From Eledone cirrhosa (taxonomy: Eukaryota), in assembly GCA_964016885.1 (NCBI GenBank), contig OZ024751.1, positions 12,834,001 through 12,898,000 on the forward strand: DNA of 64,000 nt, read 5' to 3'. Positions 56,447 through 64,000 of the stretch are shown here, one piece after another. Numbering within the stretch: position 1 is the first letter of the stretch; every line of letters begins with the position of its first letter. The position numbers were made by a program, and so were the translations under genes. Under the pieces are notes generated by a model. That model searched no databases. It was not told the origin of the DNA and was given only the letters and a program-made list of their open reading frames with translations.

Positions 56447-56482
<36 letters not shown>

Positions 56483-56681
56483 AATATATATATAAATATA
56501 TATATAAATATATATATAAATATATATATAAATATATTTATATTTATATATATATATGTGGGGGGTGAGTTTTATTGTAGCACAATAAATCAATGCAAAT
56601 GTCGGATAAGTAGCACTCTACAGTTTGTAGGACTGGAGTATAAATAATATAAGATCAAAAGATGGTTAAAAGAGTTCCAAG

Positions 56682-56753
56682 TATTTTATTATGCGCATTT
56701 CAAAAACAAAATATCATCATGGGACGATATCTGCGTTCTCATCAGATAAAATA
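56682..56753 (-). ncRNA. Type I hammerhead ribozyme, exact inverted twin of 56849-56920
   Basis: Exact reverse complement within the 144-bp inverted repeat. Confidence 0.8.
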
Positions 56754-56848
56754 GGGAGACATGATATGAAGCTTAAAAAACACTTGTTGTAGTGAAGTTT
56801 TAAATCAACTGCTCACAAGTGTTTTTTAAGCTTCATATCATGTCTCCC

Positions 56849-56920
56849 TATTTTATCTGATGAGAACGCAGATATCGTCCCATGATGATATTTTGTTTTT
56901 GAAATGCGCATAATAAAATA
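56849..56920 (+). ncRNA. Type I hammerhead ribozyme (Penelope-like terminal repeat)
   Basis: Stem I is TATTTTAT/ATAAAATA (8 bp). CTGATGA lies at 56857-56863, then a long stem II, then GAAA at 56901-56904. Stem III is the palindrome ATGCGCAT. The predicted AUA cleavage is after 56912. The base of stem II is imperfect (G-U). Confidence 0.8.
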
Positions 56921-57398
56921 CTTGGAACTCTTTTAACCATCTTTTGATCTTATATTATATATATTATATATATATATATATATTATATATACTCTGCTCT
57001 GTGAGAGTATCGAGTACTCAAACGGCCTACCCCATACACCAATTATATATATATGTATATGATTTTTGCGTTTCGCTTCGCCTTTCCTGCCCGCGAAATG
57101 TGATTTTCGCTGAATCTTTATTTGTATATATATATATATTGTGTGTGCGTGTGTACATATATTTTTAAATGTGTGTGTATGTAAAATATTTCTGTGTGTA
57201 TGTAAAATATTTCTTAGTTCTAAAGTGAGAACTTAATTTTAAGAAATATATTTCTTTACTTTTCATTATTTGATGTGAAAACCTATAATATCTACTCTCC
57301 TTAAGTATGGAGTACCTGCTGAGTTGAATAATAATAGCTTTTGCTTGCCCCAGTATGCGTGTGTGCGTGTGTGTGTGTATTCATGTATGCATATAAAT

Positions 57399-57435
<37 letters not shown>

Positions 57436-57450
57436 TGTATGCATATAAAT

Positions 57451-57493
<43 letters not shown>

Positions 57494-57511
57494 TGTATGC
57501 ATATAAATGTT

Positions 57512-57561
<50 letters not shown>

Positions 57562-57788
57562 ATGTATGCATAAATATATGTGTGCGTGTATGTATGCATA
57601 AATATAACAAATATGACTGATAATGGAGTGTCAAGAAAAGTTTATATTTAAAATTAATTATTTTTAGCTAGGAGGATTTTAATTGAAATGGAATGAAGAA
57701 TATTTACGCTATGTACATACACACACACACCCACACACACACATTATTTCTGTAAAATAGTTTTTAAATAATGGTGTGTGTGTGTGTG

Positions 57789-57832
<44 letters not shown>

Positions 57833-58042
57833 CACACACACACTCATTTTCATACCATATATATATATATGTGTGTGTATATAATTTACACACACACATA
57901 TATATATATATGTGTATATAATATACACACGTACATATATATATGTGTATATAATACACACAGACACACACACACATATATATATATGTATATAATATAT
58001 ACACACACACACACACACACATATGTGTGTGTGTGTGTATAT

Positions 58043-58104
<62 letters not shown>

Positions 58105-58429
58105 ATGCGATGAAATACCAATGATCGTTGGCAAATCACTGATGAGGGACTCATTTTATAACATGTTATCCATGTGCAACCATGCAGTATTCTTCTTCTT
58201 CTCCCAATATTTTTTAGATATATATATATATATATATATAATGTGTGTGTGTGTGTGTGCGCGCAGTAGGTTGTAACTAGCTATGGCATATCTTCACACA
58301 AATATGCAAATACAAAAAATACTAATTTGTGATTTAATATATATATATATATATATATACACACACTCTTTATTATAAACATGTATATACACTCGCATAA
58401 GCACAATATGATGCACATCGACACATGTA

Positions 58430-58762
58430 TTCATTCATTCATTTCATTTTACGTCCGCTTTTTCCTTGCTTGCAAGGGTGGGACGAGAACTGATTCTGGC
58501 TTGATTTCTACAGCTGGATGCCCTTCCTAACACCAACCTCATTTACAGTGTGTGCTGGGTGCTTTTTTGCCGTGGCACCTCCACGACCACTTTACAGTGG
58601 AATGATAGGGACCCCAGTCCCTATCATCTCATTTCTACAGCTGAGTAAACTGGAGCAATGTGAAATAAAGTGTCTTGCTCAAGGAAACAACACATCACCC
58701 GGTCTGAGAATTGAACTCACAACCTTTCGATTGCAAGGCCAATGCTCTAACCACTAAGCCAT
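58430..58762 (-). mobile_element. Composite SINE remnant: S2-type head plus a second-family body and tail
   Basis: 58630-58762 matches the S2 head. 58430-58600 (tttacgtccgcttttcc, ctggatgcccttcctaacaccaacc) matches 50454-50630, 1-48 and 9565-9650. Confidence 0.65.
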
Positions 58763-59184
58763 TAAGTGTGTGTTCAATGTTGAACACACACACGCATGCC
58801 TCCATATATATATATATGCATGCGTGTGTGTGTTCAACATTGCTTAAATAATATATAATATTCCCCAATATTTTTCCTACCAGGAATATATTTGCTCAGG
58901 TAGGTAATTGAAATATAATCGAAAGGGTAACTAGCAGAGTGTGTACATGTGTGTGAATGTGACTGTATGTGTGAATGTGTCTGTCTGTCTGTCTGTGTGT
59001 AGACATAGTGTGTGCTATGCACTAATTCTTGATGAAGATACGCACTAATTCTTCAAACAAAACAATGTCTTTTAAATTAGGTTACCCGCCCGATATACAA
59101 AATATGTCGTGTATATGTATATATATACATTCATTTATATATATACATACATATATAATATATATATATATACACACACACACG

Positions 59185-59220
<36 letters not shown>

Positions 59221-59366
59221 CATATATACACGTATATATATATATATACATACATACATGTGTATATTAGGTCTTGATTTTCCTCTAATACTCTACGTGG
59301 TTATTACCGACTATATTAAGTACTCTTCCCACGTGTCGAACACACTTAATGAGCCGACATAGTAGA

Positions 59367-59433
<67 letters not shown>

Positions 59434-59743
59434 GAAGAATTCGGGACCCCGACGGAAGAGCTCCTGTCGTTTCAACAGCTAAATCCGTCGGGTTCCCGAA
59501 TTTTTCATATTTCCCACTCTACTACCTTAAGTATCGAGTACTCTGATGAGTAATGGTCTAACTGGTTTTTACCGCTTCCATTCTGATATATATATATATA
59601 TAAAACGAAGGAAATGTGGTAAGGAACCAGATGGATCATAACGCACCAAAGTACTCAATACTTAAGGTAGTAGAGTGGGTAATAGGAACAAGTATGACCC
59701 CGACGGCAGAGCTCAAGCCGTTTCGACGGCTAATTCTGGACTA

Positions 59744-59803
<60 letters not shown>

Positions 59804-60751
59804 GTCGCACAGAAATATATGATTTCTCCCTTATGACATACGTGTATATATGTTTTTACCCTTACAAAAAGACACCCGCCCCGTTAAGTTTTGTAATATT
59901 TACTGTTTAAGATAAGTCTTAATATCTCATAGTTAGTATAATTTACGATACGACGGAAATATATTATAACTTAAGATATACCAGGCAACATCATATAGTT
60001 TATGACGAAAGAGTCATGTAATATTGTACAGTTTAAGTTGAGATTTGTTATATCTTATTATAGTTTAAGATGAAGCATAAATATTTTATAACTTATCATT
60101 AGTCTTGTAACATCATATAATTTATGATGAAGTATAAATAAATAAAGATCTGATTTCTGACAGTTTTCAATATCTACTTAAGAATGACATTGTTATCATT
60201 TCTGAATAACATATATCAAACTACTAATTTCTTTTATAATTTGACAAGACGACGAGGGAGAACAGGAATACAGATTTTTTAGGGATTAGTAGAAGCGTTA
60301 GAGCGTCAGACAAATAAATAAGTTCTGGGTCTTTACGTTAAGAGTTCAAATCCCTTCAGGGTTGGTAAATAAGATGTTCCCGTCCTTTCAACTCTTATCC
60401 TTCCAGGATAGGTAATATATATAACGCCAGCTCTTTAAATTCTGAGTTTAAATCTCGGGGCGCCCAGCGATCGATCGGCTTTGTCCTCCGTTCTTGCGGG
60501 ATCGATAAAATTAAATACCAGTCAAGAACTACTGGGTTTAATCCAATCGACTTTCACCTGCCCCTAAATTAAAAACTATCAATCTTTAGACGCGTGCCGT
60601 ATGTACTGGGGCTGCTTGTTAAAACTGACACTCACACGTGTGTGTGTATGTAGACAATGTATGTTTAACATTTGACTGTATGAGCACCTAATAACTGGTA
60701 GGACGAGTGTAGAAAAGTAACAGTAACATCGAAGTTTCAGCTTGTTTGCTT

Positions 60752-60888
60752 AAGAGATAGAATATATCTCAAGAGATAGAATATATCTCAAGAGATAGAA
60801 TATATCTCAAGAGATAGAATATATCTCAAGAGATAGAATATATCTCAAGAGATAGAATATATCTCAAGAGATAGAATATATCTCAAGA
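60752..60888. repeat. 19-bp tandem repeat, 7 perfect copies
   Basis: Unit aagagatagaatatatctc. Confidence 0.95.
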
Positions 60889-60897
60889 TTGCAATCA

Positions 60898-61150
60898 ATC
60901 TTAGCCGTGTGTATATTTAATGGTATTAAATTGATATATTTAATGTATTAAATTGATAAGCCCATAGCTGTGGAAACATCTATCGTCATGGGTCCCTGAA
61001 CCAACTCCCTACATAATGCAATCAAAACGGGAGATGGCCTTCCGTAATGACGAAACCCAAGAGATGGACTGGTGGGTTTCACCACATCTTCCTCGGTATT
61101 CTTCCGGGTATAAAATAAACGCATTTGGAATCATGTCTGCCGGGATCGTG
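60898..61150 (+). pseudogene. Decayed C-terminus of a restriction-like-endonuclease non-LTR retrotransposon (CRE/NeSL-like)
   Basis: Across stops and frameshifts it reads PIAVETSIVMGP*..KREMAFRNDETQEMDW..FHHIFLGILPG..NAFGIMSAG. This resembles the recalled PxAVETxGxxG...FQRxSxAxxRGNA motif. Confidence 0.55.
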
Positions 61151-61394
61151 AAGCAATATCTTCCAGTAAATTTATATTGTTATAGCCGTTTCCAAGACGA
61201 GTGGGGGAACCAGAGAAAACGAGAAAATTTTTTAATTGTTTTCAAGGCCATATTTGTTATAAACACAATTTAAAAATCACAGGAAAAACAAATTTCAATT
61301 TTAAAATTCTAACCAACCTTTTCAACTAACTTCCTGAATATTTTTAAAAACTATCTATTACACTCGTATCTAGGATGGGTGTAATAAAAATAAT

Positions 61395-61585
61395 TGTTTC
61401 TACTATTGGCACAAGGCCAGAAAATTACCCAGTACATTACTGGTACTTTATTTTATCGACCCCGTAAGGATGAAAGGCAAAGTTAACCTCGGCGGGATTT
61501 GAACTCAGAATGGCAAGGGCCGTAACTCTATGCGTCAAAGCATGGCATCCGAACCTCTACCGATACTGCCAATCCACCGCCATTT
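61395..61585 (-). mobile_element. S1 SINE, full length with a 16-bp target-site duplication
   Basis: gtgtaataaaaataat occurs at 61379-61394 and 61586-61601. Confidence 0.9.
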
Positions 61586-61858
61586 GTGTAATAAAAATAA
61601 TAATAATAATTTACTCATCTATCTATCTGGGGTTTTGCTAACGACAAGGCAGTTTTTGTTATCAACTGCAATCTATTAAAAAACTACACACACTTAACAG
61701 AATGAAACCTGCCCAGGTCAATATTTATATCTTCGAGGGTTTGATTGATTCTTCCTTATATATCACGCGGTAGCTTTCAGTCCCGATTTCTCTGGAAACA
61801 ATCCGCAATGTTCTGACATTGAAAGGGACACACACACTGCCTGGTTTAAAAATCCCAA

Positions 61859-62326
61859 GCCACGCCGTAAACCTCTACGGTAAGGTCCCGTCATATCACA
61901 GGCCCGGGAGGCCACGCCGTAAACCTCTACGGTAAGGTCCCGTCATATCACAGGCCCGGGAGGCCACGCCGTAAACCTCTACGGTAAGGTCCCGTCATAT
62001 CACAGGCCCGGGAGGCCACGCCGTAAACCTCTACGGTAAGGTCCCGTCATATCACAGGCCCGGGAGGCCACGCCGTAGACCTCTACGGTAAGGTCCCGTC
62101 ATATCACAGGCCCGGGAGGCCACGCCGTAGACCTCTACGGTAAGGTCCCGTCATATCACAGGCCCGGGAGGCCACGCCGTAAACCTCTACGGTAAGGTCC
62201 CGTCATATCACAGGCCCGGGAGGCCACGCCGTAGACCTCTACGGTAAGGTCCCGTCATATCACAGGCCCGGGAGGCCACGCCGTAAACCTCTACGGTAAG
62301 GTCCCGTCATATCACACGCCTGGGAG
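61859..62326. repeat. GC-rich 52-bp tandem array, 9 copies
   Basis: Unit gccacgccgtaaacctctacggtaaggtcccgtcatatcacaggcccgggag; an A>G variant occurs in copies 5, 6 and 8. Confidence 0.95.
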
Positions 62327-62539
62327 TTTTAATTCCTGTGACAGGGTATATATCAATAGTATACTCATATTAAGTATATTAACAGTGTATAATCAACATT
62401 CAACTATATTATATATATATATAGTATATATAGTATATATATATATATAGTATAATTATATCATTGAGTGAGTAGGTGACGGCCGGAGCTTAACCGATTC
62501 TCTTCGACTAGCTTCATAATATATGTGTATGTATATATA

Positions 62540-62580
<41 letters not shown>

Positions 62581-62864
62581 ATAAATATATATATATATAT
62601 ATATATATACATAAATATATATATATATATATACATAAATATATATATATATATATACATAAATATATATATATATATATACATAAATATATATATATAT
62701 ATATATATATTTTTATATATATATATATATATAGATATATATATTTTTATATATATATATATATATATAGATATATATATTTATATATATAGATATAGAT
62801 ATTTTTATTTATATATATAGATATATATATTTATATATATATAGATATATATATATATACATAA

Positions 62865-62895
<31 letters not shown>

Positions 62896-63086
62896 GATAT
62901 ATATATATATACATAAATATATATATATATATATTTATATATAGATATATATATATATATACATATACATAAATAGATATATATATATACATATACATAA
63001 ATACATATATATATATACATATACATAAATACATATATATATATACATATACATAAATACATATATATATACTTATATATATATAC

Positions 63087-63119
<33 letters not shown>

Positions 63120-63257
63120 GATATATGTATATATATACATAAATATATATATATATTATATATATTTATATATATATACATATATATACATACATATATA
63201 TACATATATATATACATATATATATTTATACATATATATATTTATACATATATATAC

Positions 63258-63332
<75 letters not shown>

Positions 63333-63504
63333 TATACATATATATATACACACACACATTCCTATAAGAAGAAATGACAAGCCGTGGTCGAGTGGTTTGA
63401 TATTCAGCTACTAGTAAATGTTTATCAGGAAGTTGATAATGGAGCTTTGTTATATTTATATATTTTAGACTTTAAAAAAATGAATCTACACACACACATA
63501 TATA

Positions 63505-63585
<81 letters not shown>

Positions 63586-63778
63586 TATATATATATATAT
63601 ATATATATTAGTATATATATATATATATATATATTAGTATATATATATATATATATATATTAGTATATATATATATATATATATATTAGTATATATATAT
63701 ATATATATATATTAGTATATATATATATATTAGTATATATATATTAGTATATATATATATTAATATATATATATATAT

Positions 63779-63897
63779 AAGGCGTGTGGCTGAGTGGTTA
63801 GAGAATTGGAGTCCCAATCGTGAGGTAGTGAGTTCGATTCCTGGACCAGGCGATGCGCTATGTCCTTGAGCAAGACACTTTATTTCACGTTGCTCCT
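63779..63897 (+). mobile_element. S2 SINE 5' half
   Basis: A-box TGGCTGAGTGG, B-box GAGTTCGATTC and GTCCTTGAGCAAGACACTT. Confidence 0.8.
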
Positions 63898-64000
63898 TCT
63901 ACCTGGAGTTGCGACCGATAGATAGTATTAGCAAATGGAAAGACCAACGGAAACGTTGTTTCCTTGGTCCGATTTGACGAAAGTCGATCGTCCAAAAAAT

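Larger units (their letters stand above)
56644..56958. repeat. Perfect 144-bp inverted repeat with a 27-nt spacer
   Basis: 56644-56787 is the reverse complement of 56815-56958; I saw no mismatches. Confidence 0.93.

Noticed and set aside
58139-58180. CTGATGA as a hammerhead core (also at 59544-59550)
   Set aside because: No downstream GAAA or pairing stems.
61859-62326. CRISPR array
   Set aside because: Pure tandem units with no unique spacers.
63779-63855. tRNA gene
   Set aside because: A and B boxes are present, but the sequence continues into a CORE-like SINE body found elsewhere in the window, and there is no clean cloverleaf.

Overview
This is an AT-rich eukaryotic window saturated with microsatellites. 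The repeat content suggests a coleoid cephalopod, probably an octopod; this is inference. Only one host coding exon is recognisable: a 531-bp minus-strand exon (29777-30307) encoding the hinge and most of the ligand-binding domain of a COUP-TF/seven-up (NR2F) nuclear receptor. I found no flanking exons, so the rest is probably two very large introns, with a 200-N scaffold gap at 20229-20428. Almost all other ORFs in the track are translations of (TA)n/(CA)n/(GGT)n tracts. The non-coding DNA holds truncated LINEs (RTE-like, L1/Tx1-like and a probable REL-type relic), many tRNA-derived SINEs, Tc1- and hAT-type MITEs, and several minisatellites. The most notable signal is at least five sequence-distinct families of type I hammerhead ribozyme motifs in Penelope-like terminal-repeat remnants. 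These are often arranged as inverted repeats in TA tracts. One near-intact ribozyme lies within a perfect 144-bp inverted repeat (56644-56958). Four of the families are associated with a common downstream ACTCTAC-loop-GTATYGAGTAC hairpin. An RTE-like LINE copy with a twin-priming-type 5' inversion is also present. All structures were folded by eye and are untested.
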